A DNA stretch of 64,000 nucleotides, taken from NCBI RefSeq assembly GCF_009914755.1, contig NC_060931.1, one strand, 5' to 3'. This stretch comes from the human T2T-CHM13v2.0 reference genome, Homo sapiens. The notes under the pieces are model-generated. The model was not told the DNA's origin and did not search any database. It saw only the letters and a list, made by a program, of their open reading frames with translations. Below are positions 1 through 13,359 of the stretch, piece by piece. The first letter of the stretch is position 1. Every line of letters begins with the position of its first letter. Both the position numbers and the translations under genes were made by a program.

Positions 1-957
1 TTCTCTTTTTGTGACATTAGTAGTAGCCACTGATGACAACTGTCTAGATTGATTATTTTATTAAAGGTTTTCAGGTGACAGTGATATTCTAACTGTATTA
101 TTTCATCTTCATTAGCTGGCATATTTTTATAAAGAGGAACTCAGTCTCATCAACTATGTGGTTAGGGTTTTTACAAGAAAGTCAGGTAAAATGTTGTCTC
201 CATTTATTTAGCAGATTACAGATGACAGAGATGGTTCACCAGTTTCCTCCAAACAAGCTGAGAGTTTTTTCTTTCTTTTTAATTCATGTATTTTTTTATT
301 ATGATGAGCTCATGGATTACAAAAAATTTTGTGTTTTAATCCATTGTTATTATTAATTTTCTTGATGATAATTTTGTACCCTTTTTTATGGCCAATAGAA
401 GCCTCTTTCAGTTCACTTTTGAATCTTTCTGTTATGAGCCAGTAGACTTTGATAACTCTATTGCATTCAGGTTATACTTTCATTTTTTAAAAAGTAAAAT
501 AGCTTTGTATTCCCTTACTTGTTTTTAGACAAAAGGTAGCAATCATGCACCATTTTCTCTACCTTGAATTTTGTTCATCAAGAATCATATATAGAGATAT
601 TTTTCATTTCTTTTTACAGCTATATAGTATGTCACTGTGTATGGAATATAATTTCTTTAATGAATTCCTTTTTTGATGCACACTTGGGTTGTTCAAGGCT
701 TTTTGCTTTTCTAAAATATACTGCTGTAATGCAGCCTTGCCTGCATTGTTTTTAAATTCTATTCATGTTGCTGTGTGTGTGTCTAGTCTGTTGTTTTTAA
801 CCATGTCATGGTACTCCATGCTACACATAGAAAAACATAATTTTATAAAAACCACAGAGGCAGAATCCACTAATGATTTTCATTTGCAAAGATATAAACA
901 ATTTACTCCATTATAAGTGGATAGTTTTTGCAATTACATAAATTGCTTTTCAATATC

Positions 958-1352
958 TGTATCGTTTGGCTGTGCCCCCACCCACTCATCTTGAATTGTA
1001 ATCTGAATTGTAATCCCCATGTGTTGGTGGAGGAACCATGTGTGAGGTAATTAGATCATGGGGCTGGTTCCCCCTGCTCCCCCCATGCTGTTCTCGTGAT
1101 AGTGAGTGAGTTTTTATGAGATCTGATGGTTTTATAAGGGGCTTTCCCCACCTTCGCTCTGCACTTCTCTCTCCTGCCGCCATGTGAAGGACATGTTTGC
1201 TCCCACTTCCATCACGATTGTAAGTTTCCTGAGGTGTCCCCAGCTATGCAGAATTGTGAGTCAATTAAACCTCTTTTTATTAAAATAAATAAATAAATAA
1301 ATTACCCAGTGTCCGGCGTTTCTTCACAGCAGCATGAGAATAGGCTAATATA
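958..1352 (+). mobile_element. THE1 (THE1C-like) ERVL-MaLR solo LTR
   Basis: Starts TGTATCGTTTGGCTGTG; contains TGTGAGTCAATTAAACCTC and AAATTACCCAGT; ends CTAATATA. Matches the recalled THE1 consensus along its length. Confidence 0.9.
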
Positions 1353-1649
1353 ATGTGTCATAATTCTTTTCTTTTTTTTAATAAAAAGTTACATAGATTA
1401 TTTCTTCTGGAAGTGTTATTGCTTTATTCACAGGCAACAAACACAAAAACAGACAAATGGAATTACATCAAGCTAAAAAGCTTCTGTATAGCAAGGGAAA
1501 CAATCAACAGAGTGAAGAGACAACCTACAGAATAGGAGAAAATATGTGCAAACTATTCATTTAACAAGGGATTAATAATCAAAATATATAAAGAACTCAA
1601 GCAACTCAAAACTAAAAATAATAATAATCCCAGTAAAAAGTGGGCAAAG

Positions 1650-1735
1650 AGGTTGGGTGCAGTGGCTCACATCTGTAATCCGAGCACTTTGGGAGGCCAA
1701 GGTGGTCAGATCACTTGAGGTTAGGAGTTCGAGAC
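1650..1735 (+). mobile_element. Alu left-arm fragment
   Basis: GGTTGGGTGCAGTGGCTCACATCTGTAATCC...GAGTTCGAGAC, then runs directly into a TA repeat. Confidence 0.85.
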
Positions 1736-1842
1736 ATATATATATACACATATGTATACACATATATACATATATTTCATTGTATATATTATATATACAT
1801 ATATATTATACATATATAATATATATGTATATATAATATATA
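1736..1842. repeat. Degenerate (TA)n/(TACA) simple repeat
   Basis: About 105 bp of alternating TA with CA/TG interruptions. Confidence 0.9.
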
Positions 1843-1973
1843 CAATGAAATATTATTCAGCCATAAAAAGAAGAAAATCCTGTCATTTGCAGATGTGGAT
1901 GAGCCTGGAGGACATTATGTTAAGTGAAATAAGACAGGCATGGAAACACAAATAGCATGTTTCATTTATATGT

Positions 1974-2354
1974 TAATATGATTAGGCTTTGTTTCCCCAC
2001 CCAAATTTCATCTTGAATTGTAATCTTCGCAATCCCTATAGGTCAAGGGAGAGACCAGGTGGAGGTAATTGAGTCATGGGGGTGGTTTCCTGCATGCTGT
2101 TCTGATGATAGTGAGTTCTCATAGTATCTGATGGTTTCATAAGGGGCCCTTCCTCCTTCACTCGGCACTTCTCACTCCTGCCACCTTGTGAAGAAGGTGC
2201 CATGCTTCCCCTTTGCCTTCTGCCATGATTGTGTTTCCGGAGGCCTCCCCAGCCATTCTGAACTGTGAGTCAATTAAACCTCTTTCTTTCATAATTGTAT
2301 AAATTACCCAGTCTTGGACAGTTCTTTATAGAAATAGGAAAATGGACTAATACA
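1974..2354 (+). mobile_element. THE1D-like solo LTR with 5-bp TSD
   Basis: TAATATGATTAGGC...GGACTAATACA; TATGT at 1969-1973 and 2355-2359. Confidence 0.92.
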
Positions 2355-2490
2355 TATGTGGAAGCTAAGAAAAAAGTTGGTCTCATGGAGGGTGGTTATC
2401 AGAGGCTGGGAAGGGCAAGCGGGAGGGAGAGGATGAGGAGTCAGTTAATGGATACAAAAATACAGTTAGATAGAAGGAAACAGTTGGTGT

Positions 2491-2869
2491 TGATATAGTT
2501 TGGTTCTGTGTACCTACACGAGTCTCACCTTGAATTGTAATCCCCATAATCCCCACATGTCAAGGGTAGGACCCAGGTGGAGGTAATTGGACCATGGGGG
2601 TGGTTTTCCTCATGCTGTTCTCATGATAGTGAGTGAGTTCTCACAAGAGCTGATGGTTCTCACAAGTGTCCAGCATTTCCCCCGCTTGCACTCACTCCAC
2701 TGTCACCCTGTGAAGAAGATGCCTGCTTCTCCTTTGCCTTCTGCCATGATTCTAAGTTACCTGAGGCCTCCCCAGCAATGCAGAACTGTGAGTCAATTAA
2801 ACCTCTTTCCTTTATAAATTACCCAGTCTCAGGTATTTCTTCATAGCAGTGTGAGAATGAACTAATACA
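2491..2869 (+). mobile_element. THE1D-like solo LTR
   Basis: TGATATAGTTTGG...AACTAATACA; GTGT(T) on both flanks. Confidence 0.92.
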
Positions 2870-4198
2870 GTGTTTGATAGCACAATATGGTAACTACAGT
2901 TATCAATAATAGATTATATATTTCAAAATAGCTAGAAGAGACGTTCTCAGCAAAATAATGATAAATTTTTGACGTGATGTATATCCCAAGTACTCTAATT
3001 TGATCATTACACATTCTACACATGTATCAAAATATCAAAATATGTATCAAAATCCCACTACTTCTAAAGTACTGGGATTACAAATGTGAGCCACTGTTCC
3101 TCCTCCATGATCCACTATTCCTTAGAGATAAACAATCTTTTTCTAGTCTGGAATTCAACAGCAGACTCCTTATATGCACTATGAATTTTTTCTAACATTT
3201 ATATATTCAAAGAAGTTTTGCATTAAATAATGCTGAATTTTGGAATCTTTTCTGAAATATGTATAAAAATACTATGAGGACCTTTGATAGAAATGAGTCA
3301 AAGGACTGGAAAAACAAGGCAACTGTTGAGCCTTTATTGCATCTCAAGCTCTAATTATCTTTAATGTTGTTACTAATATTTGCTCATAGTTATAACAAGA
3401 ATCAGATAAAATTCTTTAATAAACATAATATGATGATAGTAAAAATGTACTTATGCTTGAGTAATAGTAAAGTTCATGTTGTTTTAGGAAATGCACAATT
3501 ATTATTATCACATTAGTATAAAAGTAATATCTAAATCTGAGGCTTTCTCATGAGCTGAGAAATGCTACTTTTAAATATGAGGGCATGCCTAGATATAGAT
3601 ATTTCATAACAAAAACAAATAGATAAATGAATATAAGAGTCTAGAAATAGGCTGACACATAATTTCAAATGTTTCTGACATATTTCTAAGATGACTTAAT
3701 AGGGAAAGGATAATCTTTTCAACAAATGTGGCTGGCATAATTAAATATGTGTATATATAACAAAACTAAAGCCTCAACTCAATATTATACCATGGACAAA
3801 TAACTTGAACTGAATTTTCAATCTAAATATGGAAGTTAACATCATAAAACTTCTAGAAAAACACATGGAAGAAGATCTTCACAAATTTAGGCAAGCCAAG
3901 ATTTCTTTGACAAGAAACAACTAAGAATTAAAAAAATTATAAACTAGGCTTCACCAATATTAAAATCTTTTGCTCTTCGAGAGATAAATTAAGAAAATGA
4001 AAAAAATAAGGCATAGACTGGGAGAAAATATTCACAATATACATATCTGACAAAGGACTTGCATTCACAATTATAATGAATATTTACAACTTAATTATCA
4101 GCTGAAGAGCAAGATTTTTAAAATGAACAAGACTTTGCAGTTTCTTCATCAAAGGAGATAAATGAATGGCCATTAAGGACATGAAAATATGCTAAACA

Positions 4199-6779
4199 TT
4201 CTTGTTAAATTATAACCTTATCATTATGTGATACATTTCTGTGTCTTTTTTGATTGTTGTTGGTTTAAAGTCTGTTTCGTCTGAAGTTACACTAGTAATT
4301 CCTGCTCTTTTTCATTTTCTGTGTGCTTTGTTGATTTTTCTCTATCCCTTTACTTTGAGCCTATGAGTGTCATTACATGTGAGATGCATCTCTTGAAGAC
4401 AGCATATAGTTGGGTCTTGCTTCTTTATCCAACTTGCCACTCTGTGACTTTCAAGTAGGGCATTTAGCCTGTTTACATTCAAGGTTACTATTTATATACT
4501 AAATATATATGCATGCAACACTGAAGCACCCAGATTCATAAAATAGCTATTAGAGACTTACAAAGACTTTGATAACCACACAACAATAGTGGGAGACTTC
4601 AACACCCCACTGACAGCATTAGACAAATCATTGAGGCAGAAAAATAACAAAGATATTTGGGATCTGAATTTGATACTTGGCCAAACAGACCTAACAGACA
4701 TCCACAGAACACTCCACCCAACAACAGAATATACATTCTTCTCACCTGCATATGGCATATACTCTAAAATCAGCCACATAATTGGCCATAAAACAATTCC
4801 CAACAAAGAAAAAAACAAAACCATATCAACCATGCTCTTGGACCACAGGAAAATAAAAATAAAAATCAATACCAAGAAGACCCCTCAAAACTATACAATC
4901 ATGGAAATTAAACAACCTGCTCCTGAATGATTTTTGGGTAAATGGTGACATTAAGTCAGAAATCAATAAATTCTTTGAAACTAATAAAAACAAGGACACA
5001 ACATAGAAGAATCTCTGGGACACAGCTAAAACAGTATTAAGAAGAAAGTTTATAGCACTGAACACCCACATCAAAAAGTTAGAAAGATCTTAAATTAACA
5101 GCCTAACATCGCATCTAGAGGAACTAGCACAACAAGAGCAAGCCAACCCCAAAGCAAGCAGAAAAAAAGAAATAACCAAAGTCAGAGCTGAACTGAATGA
5201 AATTGAGACACAAGGTCGGGTGCAGTGGCTCACGCCTGTAATCCCAGCACTTTGGGAGGCTGAGGTGGGTGGATCACGAGGTCAGGGGTTTGAGAACAGC
5301 CTGACCAACATGGTGAAACCCCGTCTCTACTAAAAATACAAAAACTAGCTGAGTGTGTTGGTGGGCGCCTGTAATCCCAGCTACTCAGGAGGCTGAGAAA
5401 GGAGAATTGCTTGAATCCGGGAGGTGGAGGTTGCAGTGAGCCAAGATCACACTACTGCACTCCAGCCTGGGTGACAGAGTGAGACTCCATCACAAAAAAA
5501 AAAAAAAAAAAAAAAAGAAATTGAGACACAAAAAACCATACAAAAGATCAACAAAACCAAAAGTTGGTCTTTGAAAGAATAAGATCGATAAACTGCTAGG
5601 TAGACTAATAAAGAAAAAAGGAGAGAAGATCCAAATAAACACAATCAGAAATGATAAAGAAGACATTTACCACTGGCCCCAGAGAAAGACAAAATAACCC
5701 CTCAAATACTATTATGAATACCTCTATGCACACAACTAGAAAATGTAGAAGAAATGGATAAATTCCTGGAAACATAAACACTCCCAAGATTGAAAGAGCA
5801 AGAAATAGAAACTATGAACAGAAGAATATGAGTTGTGAATATTGAGTGTGAATACCATTAGAGTTGTGAAATTGAATCAATAATAAAAAGCTTCCCAACC
5901 AGAAAAAGCCCTGGACTAGATGGATTCACAGCCAAATTCTACCAGACATACAGAGAAGAGATGGTATCAATCCTACTGACACTATTTCAAAAAATTGAGG
6001 AGGTGGGACTGCTCCCTAACTCATTCCATGAGGTAAGCCTCATTCTAACATAAAAACCTGTAGAGATACAACAACAACAAAAAAGAAAACTTCAGGTCAA
6101 TATCCCTAATGAACATAGATAAAAAATCCTCACTAAAATATTAGCATCCCAAATACAGCAGCACATAAAAAAGATAATTTACCATGATCAAGTGGGCTTC
6201 ATTCCTGGGATGCAAGGTTGGTTTAACAATAAATGTGATCAATAAATGTGATACATTGCATAAACAGAACTAAAAACAAAAAACACATAATCATCTCAAT
6301 AGATCCAGAAATGGCTTTTGATAAAATTTAACATCCTTTCAGGTTAAAAACCCTCAGTGAATGAGGCATTGCAGGAACATATATCAAAATAATGAGACTC
6401 ATCCATAAAAAACCACAGCCAACATCATATTGAATGGGCAAAAGTTGAAAGCATTTACCTTGAGAACCAGAAGACAAGGATGCCCACTCTCACCACTCCT
6501 AAAAGTACTGGAATTCCAAGCCAGATCAATTGGGCAAGAGAAAGAAATAAAAGGCACTCAAATAGGAAGAAAGGAAGTCAAACTATCTATTTTGGCAGAT
6601 TATATGATTATGACTAGAAAACCCCATAATGTCTGCCCAAAAGCTCCTAGATCTGATAAACAACTTCAGCCAAATTTCAGGATACAAAATCAATGTACAA
6701 AAATCAGTAGCATTTGTATACACCAGTATTGTTTAAGCTAAGAGCAAAATCAAGAATGCAATCACAGTCACAGCAGCCA
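4199..6779 (+). mobile_element. L1PB/L1MA-type ORF2 fragment with a 5' inversion (4199-4493 minus, 4494-6779 plus)
   Basis: Plus part encodes EN motifs (GDFNTPLTALD) and RT motifs (RQGCPLSPL); the minus part is the immediately upstream ORF2 start. Confidence 0.88.
5214..5516 (+). mobile_element. AluS (Sg-like), full length
   Basis: Dimeric Alu with A tail; 15-bp TSD GAAATTGAGACACAA at 5199-5213 and 5517-5531. Confidence 0.96.
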
Positions 6780-7496
6780 GTATAAAATGGCATAACCACT
6801 TGGAAAAGTTTGACAGTTTCCTATAAATTTATACATGCATTTACCACATGACCCTACTACACTGCAATTCTAATCCTTGTTATTTACCTGAGGAAAATCA
6901 AGAGAACAAATGTGCATCAAAAGACTCTTACTTGAATGTTCTTAGCAACCTAATTCATAGTATCACAAAATTGGGAAAACCTAAATATGTATCCATAGAA
7001 TAGTGGGTTAATAAATGAAGTACTTCTCAGGAACACATGGATGAATTTCAGAAACATTGTACTAAGAAAATGAAACTATACTCAAGAAGTATCAACTGTA
7101 TGATATCATTTATATAAAAGTAAATGTAATCTATAGTGATAGAAAGCAGGTCAGTGGCTTCCTAGGGGTGAGGATGAGGTTTTCCTGTAGCAGAAGGGAA
7201 CTTTTGGACATGATGGAAATATTTTACATCTTAACTAGGTTTGTGGTTACATGTGTATATACACACGTCCAAATCCACTGAAGTGTATGCTTAAAATGAG
7301 TGCATTTTATTATTTGTAAATTATAGCTCAATATAGTTAATTTTAAACATTTACTTATAATTTGTTACTTCATGATGTTATATAAATGAAGGTACATGGT
7401 ATATAATCTTTGAGATTGACTGTTTTAACTAAGTGTATGCTGTTAAGATCTATCCAAGTTGTAGAGATGGCAAACAGGTTAGTGGTTGCCAGGTGT

Positions 7497-8060
<564 letters not shown>

Positions 8061-8092
8061 TAGCTTAATATGTTTGATTTGTTATGGAGTAG

Positions 8093-8465
8093 GGTTATGG
8101 GCTGAACTGTGTCCCCTTCAAATTTCTATGATGACGTCCTAATCCCTAGTTTCTCTTAATGTGACTGTGTTTCGAAATACAGCCTTTAAAGAGGTCATTA
8201 CTGTTAAATGAGGTCATAAGGTGAGGTAATCCAATCTGACTGATGTCCTTAAAGGAAGACACACACACAGAGGGAAAACCACAAGAAGACACCAGAAAAA
8301 GACAGCTATCTACAACAAGCCAAGGAAAGAGGACTTAGAAGAAACCAACCCTACAGACATCTTGATCTCAGACATCTGGACTCCAGAATTGTGAGAAAAT
8401 AGATTTCTGCTGTTGAAGTCACCCAGTTTGGCGCTTTGTTGTGACAGCCCTAGCGAAGTAATACA
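8093..8465 (+). mobile_element. MLT1B-like MaLR solo LTR
   Basis: GTTATGGGCTGAACTGTGTCCCC...AAGCCAAGG...GAAGAAACCAACCCT...GCCCTAGCGAAGTAATACA. Confidence 0.88.
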
Positions 8466-8519
8466 CGTGATATCTCTAAAATTAATGCTTTGAACCTAAG
8501 AAAGTCTGAAAATATTCTA

Positions 8520-8670
8520 AGGATAAGTTTTATCTTTCCCATATTGTAGCCAAGGAAGCTAAACCTTAGAGAGTTTACAAAACTTGTTCAAGGTGATAAA
8601 ATTAGTAAGATGTAAAGTTGAGGACAGAATCCTCCTCTGCCCAACTTGCTTTTTCTACTGCATCATGCTG
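8520..8670 (-). mobile_element. MIR fragment
   Basis: Degenerate MIR core (GGAAGCTAAACCTTAGAGAGTTTACAAAACTTGTTCAAGGT). Confidence 0.6.
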
Positions 8671-9904
8671 GCACTGAAGTCTTGTAAATCAGGATTTACT
8701 TTAAGGAATTAGGAGAGACAACTAAAGGCACTGTAAAATTCTAATCATCATCTAAACTTAGTACCAAATATTTTCTAAAAGTTAAATACTCTGAAGAAGA
8801 AATGTGTAGTGCCTCACTAAAATGTCATTTATAAGATTCAGCATGTTTCATAATATCCAATTATGTGTTTCATGAAATGCAGCTGAGGTCTTGTATCTAG
8901 ATTCTGGAAGGAAAAAGTAATTTCATTTTCTTGTTAAATAAAACCAAAATTTTACAGTTTCAAGTGTTCATTTTGAATGAATATATTTTTTTAAAAAGCA
9001 GACAAAAATTAGAATATTCTTATATTCTCCCTTTTGGGAATAGGAATAAAATTATGATGAGGCTATTTTATTACTGACTTTATAACAGGATATCAGTTTT
9101 TGTTATGACAAAGTTACTATATTAGCCAGCAAGATGTGTTATTATTTGCCATATAACTATATAACATATTTTAAGTTACATCAATCAAACCATTAAAACA
9201 TGAAAGATGTGCACTCATTTTACAATAAAATAATGTAAGTTAAGGCACATTGTGTATAATGTGCTAAATTACTCTTTATTAAATTAGAAAAATCAAACAA
9301 GATATATAAAATGATAAATGAAATATCTACACAATAGGAAATCAATGTTTGTAACAGTATGGACAAGTACAAAATAATAATATGGCACAGTTCTTTATTG
9401 ACCTACTATTATGGAAATATAAATGCTATAAGCCATGGTGGTCTTTAACAAAACGAGAAAATGCCTATATACAAATATGTGTGTATGTCTCTGTAACATA
9501 CAACATTCTTTTATATGTGTGTTTCATGAAAGAATTAAATTAGGGAAAAACCTCTATTGAGTTGATAAGCCTATTGAAAAAATACACAGTTCTTCAATGA
9601 AATAAATATATATGTATATGAAGGTTTGATATATGCCATTTGAACAGGACTAGAATTTTACATTTTATATTATCACCTAGTATTATGATTAATTATTCAA
9701 ATTCCTTATAATCCCTGATTATAAGGGTCTCTAATGAAGTTCATTCATTAAACAATATCTTAATACCCTTTCCAAATTTTAGGGGACATTGTTTATTCTT
9801 CACTAGAATATCCTCTTATAGTGAGTAGGGATGGTGATTGTATGTGCTGTAGACCATGGAAATAGATTTTTAGAAGTCAATAAATGTTAAACTTCTTTCC
9901 ACAG

Positions 9905-10080
9905 TCATCTGAACTATGAAAATGTAAGTTTCCCACTACGATGGCCTATTAGTACAGCTATCCAAGCATGAAGGTGAAACACTGTCAAAGCATGGGGCTT
10001 TGCTTGGCATGTCCTTTGTTTTAAAGGGTAGAATACATGTGGCACTGTAACGCAGCTTAATAAAGTCTGTATTCTTAGCA
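9905..10080 (+). other. Candidate terminal exon with a polyadenylation signal (or a 19-nt exon 9905-9923)
   Basis: Acceptor AACTTCTTTCCACAG ends at 9904; GTAAGT at 9924; AATAAA near 10059-10064; non-repeat sequence. Confidence 0.25.
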
Positions 10081-10564
10081 CTTCCATTGTGATTTCATAA
10101 ATCACTTGTGGGTTAATTTATAAAAACCACTATCCCAAGCTTAGGGTAATAATTCTACTAGCAACTGGTCAGAATGGTAAAAGATCAGAGGAAAGAATGC
10201 ATAAAATAGGTAAAACCTTAGAAAACACATTAAATTCCTTTTTACTACCTAGGCATGGAAACAATTCATAAAGAAATAATGCTGAAATAATATTACACAC
10301 ACACAGTTTACTTGAGGAACAAAATGCCACGATGTTCTCCAATTGAATGTTGTTGTGTGAATGGTATTTGACTTTTTATTTCTGCATGTTTTAAGTCAGA
10401 AAAAAATAAATAACTTCTCCCTTTTTACTACAAGTCTTACTGCTAAAACATTTTTTAGTGTGTTTCAGCTGTGCACTTATCACATTAAATATTTAGACAT
10501 AAATATTGAGTAAATGTATAAATATTTCAGATAAATTAGTATTCTAGAAAAGCTCTATGTTCTA

Positions 10565-10885
<321 letters not shown>

Positions 10886-11149
10886 AATGTAGATTACCAA
10901 AATAAAATAATAACATTTTGCCAAACAAAAACAGTTTAACAAAGAATAAACTGTTCTGTTGCTATGGTTTTTAGACAAGCAAATGTTGCTAACTTCAAGA
11001 TGATCATGCTTTTAAGGTCCATAGGAGTGACATGCTCCACCTCTAGGGAAGTTATTGCTTTCATAATCTTTAATGTTACTCATCCACAAAGGAAAAAATG
11101 ACATGATTAAAAGTGTGGATAAATGGAAAACTTGAGAATTCAGGTTATT

Positions 11150-11410
11150 TCAATGAACATTAAATACTTAGTTCAAATTGTGTATTGTGTCAAATACTAC
11201 TAGGAAATCAAAAATTAATTAATAAGACTTTTTTTTCCCCCTGCCATCAAAGAGCTCACAGTTCAGCAAGGAGAAAGACATGTAATCAAATTTACATAAT
11301 AATGTGACAAATGTGATAATATAAGTATGTAGATGAAAGCTGGTGAGGAAATATTCAGGGAACTCTAAGAATTCTTTATACGTAGAGAATAAAAATGAGG
11401 CTGAGAAGTT
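11150..11410 (-). mobile_element. L2 3' fragment
   Basis: CCCTGCCATCAAAGAGCTCACAGTTCAG...AAGACATGTAA resembles the reverse-complemented L2 3' end. Confidence 0.6.
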
Positions 11411-11583
11411 ATACACAGGCTAGAAAAGGATGGATCCCTATGCAAAGTACTCTGCCTGTTTATTACAGACTTGTATCCTAAATTCCTTGATTAATCCAGC
11501 TTTGATGTTTGCCAACATACATCTGTATCTATTTAATAATTAATTTAGATTTTTTCTTTATATAATTAATTAATTTTCATCTT

Positions 11584-11924
11584 TGTAATTTTTAATTGCT
11601 AAAAGATTTTCTAAAATCGGCCTTGTTATTTTTATGTTTTTTATTCCTTACTCATATTTTACTACCTCTCATATTTTTATACATACTAAATACACATATT
11701 TTGTTTTATATGTCTGATAACACTCATATGTAGAATTTCTGAGACTCTGATTCTGTAATTTTTAATTGCTAAAAGATTTTCTAAAATCGGCCTTGTTATT
11801 TTTATGTTTTTTTATTCCTTACTCATATTTTACTACTTCTCATATTTTTATACACACTAAATACACATATTTTGTTTTATATGTCTGATAACACTCATAT
11901 ATAGAATTTCTGAGACTCTGATTC
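11584..11924. repeat. 170-bp tandem duplication, 2 copies
   Basis: 11584-11753 vs 11754-11924: 3 substitutions and one extra T; TGTA at the junctions. Confidence 0.97.
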
Positions 11925-12333
11925 TGTAGTCTGCTGTGTTCGCTGGCTGTTACTCAGGGAGCCTCATTTCCCTGCACATTTTGTTTTTGACCATGAAGCT
12001 TTGGTTGAAATTAAGTTCCTTCAAAGGTGATTTAAATTTGCTTCTTTCAGGGGCCCTGAAAGCATTACCAACTTAGAAGCACCTCAAACTAAAGTTTCAG
12101 CTAGAAGTCTGTTGTTTTCTCGTGAATACATGTGAATTTGGGCTCCATGCACACGTGGGGGCTGGCTTGAATTTACAAATGATCATTAGACCCTTCTCTC
12201 CTGTTCATTTAACATCAACATAAAGACAAACAGGTTTACTGGTCATCTCCTTCTGGAAGGGACTGTGGGAGGGAGACATGAAATATGTGGCCTCTTTAAT
12301 GTCACACTATGGGTCTTATCAGTCATAAATTCT

Positions 12334-12634
12334 TCTTTTTTCTGTTTTGTTGGTGACAGGGTCTTAGTATGTCACCAGGGCTGTATTGCAGTGGTGCAAT
12401 TATAACTCATCTCAGTCTCAAACTGCTGGGCTCAAGCGATCCTCCTGCCACATCCTCCAAATTCGCTAGGAGTGCAGGTGAGTGCCACCATGCCTGGCTA
12501 ATTTTTTTGTTTTTGTAGAGACTGGGTCTTGATATGTTGCCAAGACTGGTCTCAAAACTCCTGGCCTCAAGGGATCTTCCTGCCTCAGCCTCCCAAAGTT
12601 TTGGGAACAAAAGCGTGAGCCATTGCACCCAGCC
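12334..12634 (-). mobile_element. AluJ
   Basis: Diverged dimeric Alu; TSD TCAG(T/G)CATAAATTCT at 12319-12333 and 12635-12649. Confidence 0.92.
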
Positions 12635-12792
12635 TCAGGCATAAATTCTCGAAAAAATTTTTCTCCTACCATTTTTACCCCACAAGACAATCAGAAGTTT
12701 GACTCACCAACATTCAGTGAAGTCTCCTGGCTGAAAGCCAACTTTCTTGTGTGCCTGACTCTGAATTCCTGCTTTTATTTCAGTTTTCGCAT

Positions 12793-13359
12793 TGAGAAAG
12801 AAACAAAAGAGCCAGCCTCTGATGTGTGGAAGCTGCCCTGGCACTCACATCTAAAGACTTGTTATTCTATTGAATATAATCCGACAGAATAAAAAACTCG
12901 GAAAAGAGTACTCTGAGACCATGATAAAAGGAGACAAAACATGCTACTTAATAATTTTTCTAAACGTTGACAAAAACAAAGTCACTGTGCCATTCACAAA
13001 ATACAAAACATCCCCTCTTGGCTAAAATGAGTAACTGATACTTTTTTACCAAGTAGTTTGATCCTCATTCTAAGTCTACCCTCACTCTAGATAAAACATA
13101 TTGAGATACCTGGTCATAGAATTGCCTTTGCTTTTTTACTCTATCTAATCTAGGGGAAAATCCTATTTTCTTAGATTCTTCTCCAAATCACCCAACCAAA
13201 GCCCAAGCCCTGTAATAGATTGTCACTAATACCGTGTTACCAAGACCCCTCATTGTTCCCTATGCAATGAGGGTCTTTTCTCAATGCAATGAGCAATAAA
13301 TCCCAACTTGTTTAACTACTGATGTGCTCCTGGTGGCCTTTGGCTAAAAGACATTGACA
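12793..13359 (+). mobile_element. MER67-family ERV1 solo LTR
   Basis: TG...CA ends; AATAAA near 13295; end CCTGGTGGCCTTTGGCT...CATTGACA matches recalled MER67; 4-bp TSD GCAT/GCGT. Confidence 0.8.

Larger units (their letters stand above)
1431..3050 (+). mobile_element. L1MA-type LINE-1 3' fragment, interrupted by an Alu fragment, (TA)n and two THE1 LTRs
   Basis: ORF2 C-terminal motifs [12 protein letters not shown] and MKYYSAIK...WMSLEDIMLSEI; L1MA 3'UTR sequence resumes across both LTR insertions. Confidence 0.85.
3540..7345 (+). mobile_element. Old L1M (L1MC/ME-like) 3' portion, hosting a younger L1 at 4199-6779
   Basis: Degenerate ORF2-end sequence 3600-4198 (GGAAAGGATAATCTTTTCAACAAATG; GACTGGGAGAAAATATT) and 3'UTR-like sequence 6780-7345. 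Confidence 0.7.

Noticed and set aside
1974-2869. Two THE1 LTRs as a single internally deleted provirus
   Set aside because: The spacer is L1MA 3'UTR and each LTR has its own TSD.
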